A stretch of DNA of 64,000 nt from Rhynchopus sp. YZ270_cl-10 (lineage: Eukaryota): positions 434,001-498,000 of the forward strand of contig OZ037843.1 of NCBI GenBank assembly GCA_964035575.1, written 5' to 3'. The notes under the pieces are model-generated. The model was not told the origin of the DNA, did no database searches, and saw nothing but the letters and a program-made list of their open reading frames with translations. The stretch's first letter is position 1; each line of letters starts with the position of its first letter. The translations under genes and the position numbers were made by a program. This document shows positions 15,331 to 28,323 of this stretch, piece by piece.

Positions 15331-16664
15331 GGCCCTGTCTTGGGTATGTCAGCCCTCTACTGTGGGTACGTCGCTACTAGCTTGTGTACTGCACTTTCCG
15401 TCACTCCCTCTTGGTGTGGATCGAGTGTGTACACCGAGGGGGAGGGGGGGATGTGTGTGCGGGTGGGGGGGGTACTTCACGCCACACACCCAATGGGGTG
15501 ACGTGATGACGGTATACACAGATCCGGTATTGTGACAATACACATAAACCCTGTTGTGAAAGGTAAAGGGGTTTCTAAAGGGGGGGATGGCGAGCACTTA
15601 GAACAGTCTCATTAGGGAGAGAGGCGCCACACAAAAGTTGTCTTTACCGGTTCAAAGATTGGAGGGGGTAAAAAAGGTACAAACACAGTGACATTTTTTC
15701 AGGTCTTCGCTGGGATTCTGGGGGTCAAAAACTGGGTAGAAATTCATTTCCTGCACCCAAAAAAAAGATGGATTTTGTGCCCCCAGAGTGCCCCGGGTCA
15801 CCTGGGTGAGCGGGCTTTGTGTGTTTAAGACTACAGCGGAAGAGGTGTGTTCATGAATGCGCCACGTGCACATCATTATAAACTAACCAGGAAAACCACT
15901 GCCCTGAACACAACTCATCCGCACCTGGTTGAGTGAACGTGGAATGTGAACAGAGGCAACAGGTGGGGAGAGAGAGAGAGAGGTCTCGTTCAAAATCAAC
16001 ATCTCAACTGCTTGCTTTTTCCCCCCCATCTGCAAATCAGCCGTGCATACGTAAGTAAGCAGCGGCTGTGCTGCACCACACTCCCTCCTCTGTGACTAAG
16101 CAGCGTGCATCACGCTCGAGATCCTCTTGGTATTCATACCCACCCGATGAGCGTAACGAAGAAAGCAGTAGGTATGGATGCAGGCACCTCCGACTGACCC
16201 ACGTACGATGCCAGCCCCAGATGAAAGCACAAAGCACCCTGCGGCAGCAACAGAAGCTGAGCAAAAGGAACACTTAATGGCATTGCCGGAATCAAAAAAC
16301 GAAAAGAAAAGAAAAACGCTTGAAAGATGAATGTGTAACACTGATCACTGCAAGGGAATGCAGGGGGAAAGCACCCTGCCGCCCGTACACGATGCAAAAA
16401 GTAAACTTAAGTGAGTAACACAGGTAGTGGGCTTTTTTTTTTCTTTTTCTGATTGGGTGCCCACAAGGAGCTTTGCTACCACCATACCTGTAACTGCACG
16501 TTGAAAGACAGATGCAAAAAGTTGCCCATATGCAAACCTACCAACGCCCGAACACAACTGTGGGCGTAACACTGCACTGCACGTCCCAGAAGGAACTGCG
16601 TGTTGTGGAAGCCACTCAGCCATAGGGCAATACTGCATACACGTGAACACTAATAGCAACGAAA

Positions 16665-18383
16665 TCACCGAAGATAGGAACACACAACACTGCACGTCCC
16701 AGAAGGAACTGCGTGTGCTGGTGTGCCACTCCCACCCGCCTCCACCCACGCCTTCGCAACGTCCGTGTCGCGGCACTCATCACGCAGGTACCCACGCACC
16801 ACTGTGTTGTACAAATCCCAATGCTTCTTCCCGCCTATCTGGTACATCCATTCGTCGACCACAGCTAAAACATCTTCTTCTTTCGAAACCAGCTCAGCCA
16901 CAACCTCAGGTTCGCAGTCTCGAGCAACCTCCACCTTGCACGGAAGCAGACGCAGGTCGTGTTCGCACTCAGCGTCGCTGAAGCACATCCTGTTGCAGAC
17001 AACGTCGCACCCCAGCATACGTCCTGCACGTTCCATCCCATGCACGTCACGCACAAGTGTCCCCACCATGCTGAAGCGGCGCATCACATCACAACCCATG
17101 TCACCACGCAGCACCTTCCCCATTGCAACACCCACGTTCACAGAGGCTGCCAGGCCAGCTCTCATGAGCATGCTTGTTGCGTGCAGTGCTGAGGTTGCGT
17201 GCGACACACATGGCTTCGACGTGTTGAACGAGCAGTGGATCCTGTCCCCAACAAAGACGTCCACCATCCCACGTCTGCTGTCTGTTGCCTGCAGGGTCTT
17301 CAGAAGAACAGATGTGAAGAGCTGCGAGAAGCGTGCACTGTCCTCCTCCAGGCGGCGCAGGGTGTCTTTGATGTTCAGTGTCAGCAGTGTTGCATTAGCA
17401 GACGAGAGCTGTATTGGCTGTGCACGGAAGGAAGTGCGTCGTGCTGGAGCAGACGTGTTCGATGCTGACAATGATAGTGAGCTTTGATGGTCACTGTCAG
17501 CACCATCCAGATCACCAAATTCCGCACATTGCTCTGTCGCCACTTCAAACGGCAGACACGTCTGTGGGAGGTACGCCTTGTACATCCTGAGGTTCTCCTC
17601 CAGCTGCCGCAGTGCTGCCACCATCCCCTCAGGCATGTCACCACCGTGCTCCTCCAGCAGCCCCGCCACCTGCTCCACGTCGTACCCAGCCAGGAGCGAG
17701 GCGATCTCCTGCACTGTTGCGATTGTGCGCTGCATTGCTTCCTGCTCCTTCAGGATAGCACGAGCAAAGCCTCGCGTTGCGAGGAAGTCGATGACAAAAA
17801 CGGCGAGAGATGCAGACAGATAACTTGTGGTGTCTCTTGTGCAGGGGAGTGTCGTGCACGTGCTCTGTTCGACGACACGTGACCAGCGTTCCTCTTGCGT
17901 CATCAACCCAGGCATGTCGAGTATCCCAAACCGGAACCGCTCTTCAACGGCCATGGCGATGAGGTACAGTACTGTTGTACAGACGGCAACCATGCTGAAG
18001 CGTGTGTCCACCTGCATCACGAGGAGGAAGTCCACCACAAGCACCATCATCACCCAGATCGTGTTTCCTGCGGCACGTGCTGTGTAGTCAGAAATGGCGA
18101 TGGTGATCCAGCCCACGATTGAGATACCAACAATGATGGTCACGCTCAGCCTGCGCTTACAGACAATGATCAGAACGGCGAAGAGAGCCTCCCCCACTGA
18201 TACGATGGTGCCAAACGTATAGATGTAACGCCCGCCGCTTGTAGTACCAAGTACGAACAGGTTCACCAAGTTCACAAAAAGCATAATGGCAAAGGTGGAA
18301 AAAAACACTGTGCGCTTGTATCGCTCGCTCTTGCCAATCGTCGCGTCCAGTGAAAGCGCATTCTCCAGCCAGCGTATGTGCAT
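16665..18383 (-). CDS. Membrane protein with degenerate (pseudo) class III cyclase domain
   Basis: Same TM module as 13267 (VDFLLVMQV, DFLATRGFARAILKEQEAMQRT). Cyclase-like domain LTLNIKD, FVGDRIHCSFN, FSMVGTLV lacks the first Asp and the NxxxR motif. Likely start MHIRW at 18383. Confidence 0.8.
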   Translation of the reverse strand: MHIRWLENALSLDATIGKSERYKRTVFFSTFAIMLFVNLVNLFVLGTTSGGRYIYTFGTIVSVGEALFAVLIIVCKRRLSVTIIVGISIVGWITIAISDYTARAAGNTIWVMMVLVVDFLLVMQVDTRFSMVAVCTTVLYLIAMAVEERFRFGILDMPGLMTQEERWSRVVEQSTCTTLPCTRDTTSYLSASLAVFVIDFLATRGFARAILKEQEAMQRTIATVQEIASLLAGYDVEQVAGLLEEHGGDMPEGMVAALRQLEENLRMYKAYLPQTCLPFEVATEQCAEFGDLDGADSDHQSSLSLSASNTSAPARRTSFRAQPIQLSSANATLLTLNIKDTLRRLEEDSARFSQLFTSVLLKTLQATDSRRGMVDVFVGDRIHCSFNTSKPCVSHATSALHATSMLMRAGLAASVNVGVAMGKVLRGDMGCDVMRRFSMVGTLVRDVHGMERAGRMLGCDVVCNRMCFSDAECEHDLRLLPCKVEVARDCEPEVVAELVSKEEDVLAVVDEWMYQIGGKKHWDLYNTVVRGYLRDECRDTDVAKAWVEAGGSGTPAHAVPSGTCSVVCSYLR

Positions 18384-19829
18384 AATGACTTTGCGAAATC
18401 CGTCAAAAAAAAAAAATATCTGTGGCGGTTTTGTGTGTACGTGGAAACAAGAAGAGGTGGCAGGGGGGTAATACACCCTCCTGCTCCACTCAAGCGAAGC
18501 TGCTGCACACGTGTTGGCCTCGTATGGAAATTAGGGCGTCATGACGTCGTAATTACGGGGATGTTGACGACATCGTGCACTCCCCCATAATTACGTCATG
18601 ACCGGCACCCTGTTAGGGATAACGTCATGTCGTCATCGCGCGTATTTTCACCCCGTTTTTGACCCCGTCGGGTAATGCCTTTACGAGGCCAACATGCAGC
18701 AACACCGACGTTGCGACACACTCAGATTGCAGCCTCGTAAGTGAGGGTAGGGGAAGAGGGGGGCACGACAGTGAAGTAAATGACTTGATTTGTGGTTTTC
18801 ACAGTTGTAAGCCAACAGTGAAAGCGCAAATAATGACAGTGCGGGCACATGCCATAATTATGACTTTGTGAAAACCACAAGCAAAACCACAAGTCAAGCT
18901 TTACTTCGCCGTGTATGGAGTATCAAAAAGGGGGTGAACGATGTTTCTGTGTTGGGAAAATGAAGCAAAAGGGGGGACGCCTCAAACAAAAAGAGAAGAC
19001 ACAGGGGGGAACCGTCTGTGTGCCAGATTTCTCCCACGCCACCCAGGCGCGGCACCCCTGAAGGCACATGCGAGGACAGTTCATGTGTACCCAGCATTAC
19101 AATACGGCAACAGATGCATACTTTTTTTCCCATGGTTCTGAGGCAGCCCAGGCAACTCAGGCCGCACTGCTTCCGTACAACATAAAAAGACAGAGGTTGT
19201 AAGCTGCCCTACACCTCGCGCGACAAGGCACCAAATACGCAAGCAACACAGATCTCGCGCATGCCTGATATTATACTAATATTATAAAGGCGTGATGTAG
19301 CGTCATTCAGGGTACGTTTTTTTTTGGTAAATTTCCCCCCCACCCCGTTTGGCCCATCAAAAAAAAAAACGAGGAAAACATTAGATTCATATATTTTCAG
19401 TTCAAAGAATTGAAAGTATTTGAGAGGGTCAACACATCGCACCCTTTCTTTTAAAACAACAAAACAAAAGAGCGAAGAAAAAGTTTGACTTGACATACAA
19501 CAGCCCTCTCGTGAACAGTGTACCTTGTGTACATTGACTGGTGTACCAGGGGGGGGTGGACCTGGGGTGAAAAAAAATTTTTGCGAGATGACTCTAGGTC
19601 TCTCCTGTACATAGGCACCTCTACATATAGATCAAAACAGAGCATTTGTTCAGACAGTCCGACTGACCCACTGTACGATGCCAGCCCCAGATGAAAACAC
19701 AAATACTTTAATAACAAAAGGTTGGGAAAGCGAACTCTATCTTTTGAAACAAACACGCACAAAAATGTGAGACAACACACCCCGGGTGGGACACCCGAGG
19801 ATGAGCTCCACTATTATTTTATGGGAAAT

Positions 19830-20132
19830 AGTCAGTTATACCCTACCCTAATTTTGAAATAATCAGATATACCCGAAAAATAAGTTCAGTTTTATTTTTC
19901 CTTCCTTCAAAACTACACACACAACGCTTTTGGTTTTTGGGAGACACACAAGGTGCCAGGTTCTATGATAAGCACGGAACCACCCTGCACCTGTTTGTCA
20001 TATTGTTTCCCGTGCAATACATGGAGAAACGTTTCGCACTCGAAAAAAGGGTTCAGATATGGTCAGTTATGCCCTATTTCTGGTTTTCGGGTATATCTGA
20101 CCATTTCAAAAAAGGGTAGGGTATAACTGACT
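19830..20132. mobile_element. MITE with ~50-bp TIRs carrying an internal dispersed fragment
   Basis: AGTCAGTTATACCCTACCCT...TCAGATATACCCGAAAA and its inverse. Interior 19897-20045 matches 31818-31969. TSD not resolved. Confidence 0.7.
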
Positions 20133-20158
20133 CCCCTTTTATTTTTTTAGCCACGCGT

Positions 20159-23100
20159 CAGGGCTTCCCGCAGGATCTGGGGTTTTGGCCTCCCAGGGGG
20201 ACCAGCCAAAAAAAGGTGAAAAATTTTTTTTTTTCGCGCCTTGTTGTGTGTGGTATGTAGCATTAACGCTGACTCTACGTTACGTTACGCGCCTTTACGC
20301 ACTACGGACGCTCCCACTGACTACTTCTCTGAAGAACGTAGTGGGGGGTTATTTGCAAAAAATTGAAGCTGAAACTTAGTTTCTGGTCTTTTTCAGGCAC
20401 TATGTCGCCAAAAACGCTGGAAAAAAGAAAGGTAAAAAGAAAAAGCAGTTTCCTGCTCTGAAGAAAGTAGTGAACGGGGGGGGATCCTTTTCTCAATTTT
20501 GTTTACACTGATGGGGTGGGGTGGGGGAACCGCAATGCAACATAGCTCGATGACGACACACGAAAAGGGTCAAAGGCTGCACACATAAAACTGATCCATA
20601 CAATAAAATTCTCTCATGCTACAGTACCAAAATCGCGGCGTCTTCCTGTCTTTGGTGCCGCTTTGATGAATCGATCGACAACGCTGTTCAAAAACGGAAG
20701 AGAAGGCACCTGAGGTCCCTCAATTTTTATCCTCATGAGGGCATCTAACGTCGTGATCAGCATGCTGGCCCTGAGACGCGTCAGTACCAGTTTCAAAACT
20801 GAAAATGCACGCTCCACCACAGCCGTACTACCAGGCAAGCATGCGACACGAAGAAGGAAATCAACTGCTTTGGGCAACGTCAACGAATGGCACGCAACTG
20901 CATAACGCACAGCATCTGAGAACGTGTACTTCGCAGGGTTCGCGCTTGCTTCCCGCTGTTGCCTTATTTTTGTGAGGAGCAAGGTAAGCTGGAACCGTAT
21001 TGTTTGCTTGTCATGATCGTTGTAAGGGGGGTCGTAGCTCTTCGTTTCCGGATAACCATCTAGTTTCTGGGACCGCTTGGTGCAGAAGAAGTGAGTAAGG
21101 TTGTGTATTAAGGCTTCGTCTTCATCGGGCTTGTCACCGAAGTCTCGCTGCGGATCCAGTACTGCGATGTTTGTGAATATTGCGGAATCACAAAACCTTG
21201 CGGTAAGCTGTGCGATTAGATCTTTCACGTAGCTTCTAGTGGTGGTTTCGTGAAACCGAAGAAAAGCTTCCGGACAGACCTTCTTCCCCGACAAGCGAGC
21301 CACAACAGTGTTGTAGTACGTAGTCCATTGAAGATACTTGTACTCTGCACCGTTCTCCACACCTTCCGCGAGTCGCTCGAGTGATTCCTGTGTGGACTTC
21401 AGCAGGTCAGGAATCATGACCAATCCAGCACAAGATTCTTGCAACTTCAGGTTCAGCGGCTTCATCACGATGAAGACGCTGGCGAGGAGGAAGTTTGCCG
21501 CAACGAACCTCGGCGACTCCAGCGTTTCCAACAGTCCCCTGGTGATGGCATCGCCGTCCTGCTGGTGGATCTGGCTGAGGGCGTGGTGGATGGAGGGGAG
21601 GGTGTTCAGCAGCGTCGTGCACCCTTTCTCGTTGGTGAGCCAACGGGTGTCGGCCCCCTTCTCCAGCTGCAGGTCTGGCAGGTTCAGCCACTCCACTACC
21701 TGCTTGAGCTGGTTGCAGGCGTTGGACACGGCCAAGACTCGTTCACCGGAACTGCGAACGTACCAGTAGATGTCGCGCTGGCTGTTGATCGCACTCATCA
21801 CGTCAACATGGCTCTGCCCAGCCCACTGCAGAGAGAGGTTCAGCTGGTGGTTTCTGCACCAGACGTAGATAATATAAATATTTTGAAAATACTTAAACCT
21901 CGTCTGCACACCAGAAAACCCACCCGACATCGTGTTGGTTCCATCGAACCCAACACCAACAATCTTCTTCCCGCCAATCATCTCGCGGGCGGGTGGCTGC
22001 TCGTCCGTCTCCAGCGGTACCCCTCTCGCACGGTGCACGTCCATGTAGGACACTCTCTGCAATGTCGGTGTACACACCTGCCGCACCCTTCCCATCTGTC
22101 AACGGTGCGATACCCCAAAAATGCTCGAAGCTCTCGCCTTTGCCATCAACGCCACGTATGTACACCGACAATTCAGAGCGACGGCAGATATCTTGCGTCT
22201 CATCAGCAAGCACAGTAATGTACTTACTTTGTCGCACGCGGGACTCGATGCGAAACTGCAGCTCGGTGTTAATCGCGTCCAGAAGCTCCTGCATTGTCCG
22301 CCTGCTAGTGTAGGAAGCGTTCTTCGTTTCAATGAAGGCCTTCAGGTCGGCGTCCCACCTTGCCGAGTGCTGTGCGAGGCTGGCGTAATTGGTGCTGTGG
22401 CTCACCCCTCGCTTCACCAACCAGTACAAATTGGCTGTGAGCTTCAGCAGCTGACGCCGGTTCATGCTCTGATGCGCTTTGGATGTCTTTACAATCATCC
22501 CGGTCCCGCTGTTCCGTGTCCTCTCTGCCTCCACAGCTGCCACGTGGCTCGCAGTTTTCGCGTGTTCAGGACACTTCTTTTTTGTGATTCGTGTCACATC
22601 ACAACATGGGACTTCGAAAAACGAGCCATCTGCATCAGGACGCTTCGCGCTGATAGCCAGCGCAAGATGCTTCTTGCACAACCTGCACCAGTACCCTCTC
22701 TTTGATGCGAAGACCCACTCGTACTTATCAGCGGCGTTCAGGAACCTTTGCTGCTCAGAGAATGCCAACTTATTGGGGGTGTTGTATTCCGTGGGTTCTT
22801 CTGAGCTCTCGCTGTCTGCCATGTCGTTCTCGTTCTCGTTGTTGTCATCCTCCTCGTCGTCATCCTCGTCGTCGTCGTCCTCGTCCTCGTTGGTGTTGGT
22901 GTTGTTCTCGTTGTTGTCCTTTACGTTGCCATCCTCGTCGACGACCGCAACATCTTCGCACTCCAAGGGGTTCCCTGCTAGGAATGACACCACTCCGTCG
23001 CACACGTCTCTGTCATCTGCCTCGGGCTCCACACCCTTTTTTTTCTCTTCGCAGTTCTTCTGAGGCTTCTTTCTTGGAATGTGGGGGTAGGGGATTTCGA

Positions 23101-23942
23101 ACTTCCAGTCGGCTCCCCCCTCCGGTTCCTCCTGGTTGTCCAGCACCCACAAGTCCGCATCCTTCGTACCCCCCTGCTGACGGGATTTTGCCTTCGGAGT
23201 GAGAACGGTGTGGTACTTTTTTGCGGCCGGTTTCGGTGCAGCCTTCGAAGAAGGAGGAGCTGATGAAGGGGGGACGTTGGTATTCGACAAGGCTGCCGTC
23301 ACTTCCGGAAGAGGTTCAGGTGGGGGTGTTTCCCTTGCCCTGCGATCGTTCTCGTCTCTTTCCTTTACTCGCTGGATCACTGCGTCCTTCTTCTCGTAGC
23401 CCATCCCCGAGATCTTCCACGACATTCCACGAAGTGCCACTTGAACCTTAGTCTCTTCCCCAGTCCACGTGTTGTAGTAGCGGTTGAAGTCGTGTTTTTT
23501 TATTTCTTGAACAATATCTTCAGCAGTTGCGTTTTCGTCCAGCACAACCTTCCTCACCGCGGCCTGCTCACGGGCTGCGACCACGTCCCATGTGGCATAC
23601 TCGTGGTTCTTTGCAACCGTTATTTTCTGCCTCTTCGGGGCCTGAGACGATATCTGGGACTCCGCCGGTCGCTTTGCAAATTCCATTATGGAAACCTGTC
23701 TTGGTCCGGTGGACTTTTTTGGTGCCATCTTTTTTTTCCCCCTGTTAGTTGCCTGTATTTGGATGCGCGGGGACGGGAGGGTAGGGAAAATTAAAAAAAA
23801 TGTGGAAAATTCCTAACAGGCAGCCTCGGAACACTCAAGGGCAGGCTGGTCCCCCCTGGTCCCCCCTGGTCCCCCCTTATTTTTTTTTTTTTCTCCCAGG
23901 GGGACCACTGGTCCCCCCTGGTCCCCCCTGTGGGAAGCCCTG
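20159..23942 (-). mobile_element. Full-length hAT transposon
   Basis: TIR CAGGGCTTCCC(G/A)CAGG and subterminal GGTCCCCCCT repeats. CACGCGT lies immediately left and recurs on the right after 3 extra bases (CGT). Confidence 0.9.
20614..23728 (-). pseudogene. hAT/ZNF862-like DDE transposase with one frameshift near 22050-22075
   Basis: Zinc finger CRLC...H...H, LADETQD (D1), FDGTNTM (D2), CRNH, TRW and VERAFS (E), split across two overlapping ORFs. Confidence 0.9.
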
Positions 23943-24408
23943 CGTCACGCGTTGAAAAAGAGTTTGGGTGGGGAAAGTGTAGTTCACAATACTGTGTGTC
24001 GAACATCCGCTTTCGTCCCTTACCCACACTCTGGTAAATAAAACAATAAAACAAAACCAAAAAAAAATGAGAGTGCAAACGCCCCGTTTTTCAGTTACAT
24101 TTCAGTAGACACAATAACGCTAAAGGCGACACTCAATAAACGCGACGAGTTATACAAAACCACAAAAGATATCACAACGTTGGAGTGGGGAGGGAAAGGT
24201 TCTCAGTTGATCTGTGTGCCTGAGGTGCTCTGACTGTGTGGTAGCATACGTCAGAATGAAACAATATCACAGAACCCAAATGGGCGGGGAAATGGGGTGT
24301 TTTATTTGAAAAATAAAGAACACCCACTCTGCTCAATTACCATATTTTCGAAAGGACTTTGAGGTGCCTCATTTTGCTCCATATTTTTTTTTTTTTCGAA
24401 ATAGATCC

Positions 24409-25971
24409 TCAAAACTTACACTTTGTCGAATTGACGAACGGACCCCAGGTTTTATCTTCGCGAAGCTCCGGATCGGCAGTAGGGTCTTCTTCGTTCGAAT
24501 TGTTCAGATCTGCCACGGCCGAGGTTTGGTAGGTGTCATACACAACCTTGAGAGAGGCGACTAACGCTGTGTCGTTCGCGAGGTTGTGGGATTCTGTGGG
24601 GTCGGAGAGGACGTCGAACACCCAAATGTCCACACCTCCGTACGAGACAGCCTCGGGCACGACGTCCCCAGCATGAGGGGCCATCTCCGGAGGCGGGCTC
24701 TGCTTCGCCCCCCCCTCCGTTTGCATCCCGTTCACCAACATTTTGTGTTTCCCCACGCGAATCGCACCACCGCTAAACCCTTCCCCAGCAGCAGGCATGT
24801 TGTGTACAATCGTAGTGCGCTCCGTCGTAACGTTGCTCCTCAATGTGTTCCATTGGTTAAACCCGTCTAGCGGTTTACACTGTGTTGTATTCCCCTTTGC
24901 CACGCCACGTACCAAGGTTGGCAGCCAATCGGTTGTGTGCATGAGCTCCATCGAGGTGACCCCTGAAGGAAGTGGTGCCAGGTCGTTGTCGGTCCCTTTG
25001 ATAAAAGCTACTCCCCGAACCCCGCCCTCCCAATTGGTTGATTTCCCCCCGCGAAGTGGGTAGTTGCTTGACACCGGAACTGGTCCTCCGTTGTCGGTGG
25101 AGAAGATGAACACGGTGGACTCCCACATGCCTGCGTCTTTCAGCGCTTCAGTGACATTGTGCACCGCGCTGTCCATTGCCGAGACCATACCCGCTTTGAT
25201 CAATCTGCTTTTTCCATTTGAGGTGTTGTGCGGAATCGTAGTATTGTATGGCTCGATGTACTCCTCTGGGGCTTGGTGCGGTTCGTGCACTGCTTGAAAA
25301 GGAAGGTACAAAAAAAGAGGAATATCCGTGTCATGATTTGCAATGAGATCGACCGCGGCGCGAGAGAAGATTTCCGTAGAGTATTGTCCCGAAGCCGTCT
25401 TGAGAGCAGTAGGGAACACATTCGGGGCGGATCCGTTCCGAAAATCAAGCCCATTGGCCCCATTGTACTCTCGGGTATGCGCGAAGTAATCTTCTGCCCC
25501 CAGGAGATACCCGAGAAAGCTGTTAAATCCACGGAAGGTCGGTGTATACCGTTCGTCGCAAAGCCCGAGATGCCATTTTCCGATCATATGTGTGTCGTAT
25601 CCTGCCTCTCTAAGGAGCTCTGGGAGGAAGGTCTCGTCAGAAGGCATGCCATACGGAAAGCTTGGGCGAATAACTTCAGGACCAACACCAGTGTGCGAAG
25701 GGTAGCGGCCAGTCATAATCGTTCCGCGTGTTGGTGAGCAAAGGGGTTGCACGTAATAGTTCTCGAGCTTCACCCCCTGCTTGCAGATTGCGTCAATCGC
25801 TGGGGTTGCGATGAAGCCGTTCGTCGTGTTTTCACCGCTTGGGTTCCCAGAGGAGACAGCGTTCTGGTGATAACCTACATCATTCCATCCATAGTCGTCA
25901 GCAAGCACAAAGACAATATGAGGTTTGTCTAGAGCAGCGTAGATCGCTGCTGTGAGTGTGGGGAGAAGCAT
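24409..25971 (-). CDS. Arylsulfatase (ARSB/J-like, S1 formylglycine sulfatase), secreted
   Basis: Motifs PHIVFVLADDYG, CSPTR (CxPxR), GKWHLG, STDNGG and NYPLRGGK; signal peptide. Confidence 0.95.
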   Translation of the reverse strand: MLLPTLTAAIYAALDKPHIVFVLADDYGWNDVGYHQNAVSSGNPSGENTTNGFIATPAIDAICKQGVKLENYYVQPLCSPTRGTIMTGRYPSHTGVGPEVIRPSFPYGMPSDETFLPELLREAGYDTHMIGKWHLGLCDERYTPTFRGFNSFLGYLLGAEDYFAHTREYNGANGLDFRNGSAPNVFPTALKTASGQYSTEIFSRAAVDLIANHDTDIPLFLYLPFQAVHEPHQAPEEYIEPYNTTIPHNTSNGKSRLIKAGMVSAMDSAVHNVTEALKDAGMWESTVFIFSTDNGGPVPVSSNYPLRGGKSTNWEGGVRGVAFIKGTDNDLAPLPSGVTSMELMHTTDWLPTLVRGVAKGNTTQCKPLDGFNQWNTLRSNVTTERTTIVHNMPAAGEGFSGGAIRVGKHKMLVNGMQTEGGAKQSPPPEMAPHAGDVVPEAVSYGGVDIWVFDVLSDPTESHNLANDTALVASLKVVYDTYQTSAVADLNNSNEEDPTADPELREDKTWGPFVNSTKCKF

Positions 25972-26272
25972 AGAGAGGGGGTAAGGGGGAGAGGGGGCAA
26001 TGTGTTGTGTGCACTGTGTGGAGATGGTGAGGTTGGGCAGAAATGATTAAGATATTATTTTCAATCGAAAGATGGAGTTTGGCAGAAAAAAAAAGGAGGC
26101 TTTCAGGAGAGGGGTTTTTTCTGGGTTTTGAAAAATGGGGGGAAAGAGGGCTTTGAAAGTTTTGTTTTTTGTTTTTATTTTCGCTCTTTTTGTATTGTAT
26201 TTCACTGAGGTAACTTTGTAAGTTGAGAGGTAGGTGCGCTTCTTTGTTGAGATAGCGACTAATTCCTGTTAA

Positions 26273-28278
26273 CCCTATAAGAGCCAAGAGCCACTTTAAT
26301 GGCTTTCGAAATGACGCCATGCTGTTAGACAGGTTCAACTCATTTTCGTAAAAACATTTTTTTTATGTGGAAAGAATTTGCACCGATCTTTCAAAAGAAG
26401 CAAGAGTCGAAAACTATTGTGCATCTGATATTAGTTTCGGTGCTGGGGGCTGGGGTGCTACTTTCACCAAAAGTGACGTTTTTTCACCCACACCCCAAAT
26501 ATGTACCTTTCGCGATACCCAATGCCTACAAGCCCTTAGTCGGGTTCTACCCATTTTTGTGAACACATATTTTTATATATTTCGAAAGATTTTTCGCCGA
26601 TCTTTCAAAAGAAGCAAGAATCGAAAACTTTTATGCATCGGATATTACTTTCGATGCTGGGGGGAGGCGGGGTGGGGGTGTGGGCACCCCTGTGACCCCC
26701 CCGCATTCTAAAATCTGTAGGACAACGTGCTCTGACATAGGGTCTACTCATTTTCGTAAAAACACTTTTTTTATGTGGAAAGAATTTGCACCGATCTTTC
26801 AAAAGAAGCAAGAATCGAAAACTTTTATGCATCGGATAATACTTTCGATGCTGGGGGGAGTCGTGCCACTTTTCAAAGCCCTTTGGACGGGCACCCCCTA
26901 TTCTGGTTCCTCAATGACACCCCATGCTCTGTATGAGGTTCTACTCGATTTTTTTTTTTTTTTTGTACTCAGGTAGGTACGTAGCCTTCAGGGAGGCAAT
27001 CGTGTGCTAATACAGAAAGTATCAGTCAAGGCTGTCCTTACAGACGCATGCCAAAGCGGCCGCCACATGGGTGTGGACTTTAGATTGAAGTTTCATCATT
27101 GTACTAGCCCAGGGAGGGTTCCCGGCTACCGGCGAGGTCTCTTCCAATCCGTTCCCTAGTTTCCTAGGGGGGCCTCCTTGGCTTCACTGGCTAGGGCTCT
27201 GCAGGTCCCTCCACACATGTTGTGTGCCTGCCTTCAGCACCCAGGGTAGCATACCCAGCACCTTTTACCCTCAGGTCAGACCTTCATAGAGTTTCAGGAG
27301 GAGTGCCACAAAAGGGCCCCCGGATGCAATTTAACGTCCAGCCCAGGACTTCGTTTTCGTTAAAATATTTTTATATATTTCAAAGATTTTGACACGAATC
27401 TTTCAAAAGAAACAAAAATCGAAAACTTTTACGCATCTGATTGCACTTTGGATCTGTGGACTGCTACCCACCCAAGAGGCACCCTTTCGACCCGAAGGAC
27501 ATGGTTATGGCTAAGGGTCATCATGATCTGATACTGGTTCTGCTTGTTTTCGTAAAAATCCTTTGGTTTATGGGGAAACTATTTGACTCAAATCTTTTAA
27601 AATAAGCAAAAATCGAAAACCTTTGTGCATCTGTTTGCCATTTGGATGCTGGGGCGAGTTGCCACCAAAACCACAAAAACACCCCACACACACGACCTAT
27701 GCAGAGCACACAGCAAGCCGAATTTTCACTGTTTTTTCGTATTTCGGGGTGCTTTTTTCATGGATTTTCGGGTCACAGGGTCGTTCCGACCCATTCTGGG
27801 GGCTTTCGACCTCAGGAGATGCCCAAATTGTGAAAAATCGCCCCTTTTTTACGTTTTTAGCCATGTTTCAGTGTAAATCGTTAAGGAAATCAGTTTTAGA
27901 CATGGCTGCTAACAGAGCTGCACTCATATAAGTTGGGTTCTACTAGGACTTTTTGCTCGATTTTTTTTTCTTTGAAAAGATTTTGTGATCAATCTTTCAA
28001 ATAACGCCATTTTCGGACAGAAATAATTTACGTGTTTTTCCTCGGCCGGCCGAATTAGTAAAAAACCAAAAAGTGGATTTTATGCTCACCTCATTTTGGG
28101 GATACCATTTTTTTCCGAAAAAAAACTTAAAAAAATGGAATTGAAAGCCGTGTTCAAAATCTTTCAATTGCGGCCAGGTACGATCAAAAATTTGCATCTG
28201 GGGTCCCTTTACCGGTTGGAGAGCCCCAAAAACCAAAACTCAAAAGTGGCTTGAAAATATGGCTTGGCTCTTATAGGG
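26273..28278. mobile_element. Non-autonomous piggyBac-type element
   Basis: TTAA|CCCTATAAGAGCCAAG...CTTGGCTCTTATAGGG|TTAA; internal repeated blocks containing CGATCTTTCAAAAGAAGCAAG. Confidence 0.9.
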
Positions 28279-28323
28279 TTAAAGCCTCACTACAAGAAAA
28301 AAGCAAGTAATTGCTATCGGGAG

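Noticed and set aside
16177..16233. The 55-bp and 33-nt motifs as hammerhead ribozyme, tRNA or SECIS
   Set aside because: I could not build a CUGANGA/GAAA core, cloverleaf or SECIS geometry by eye.
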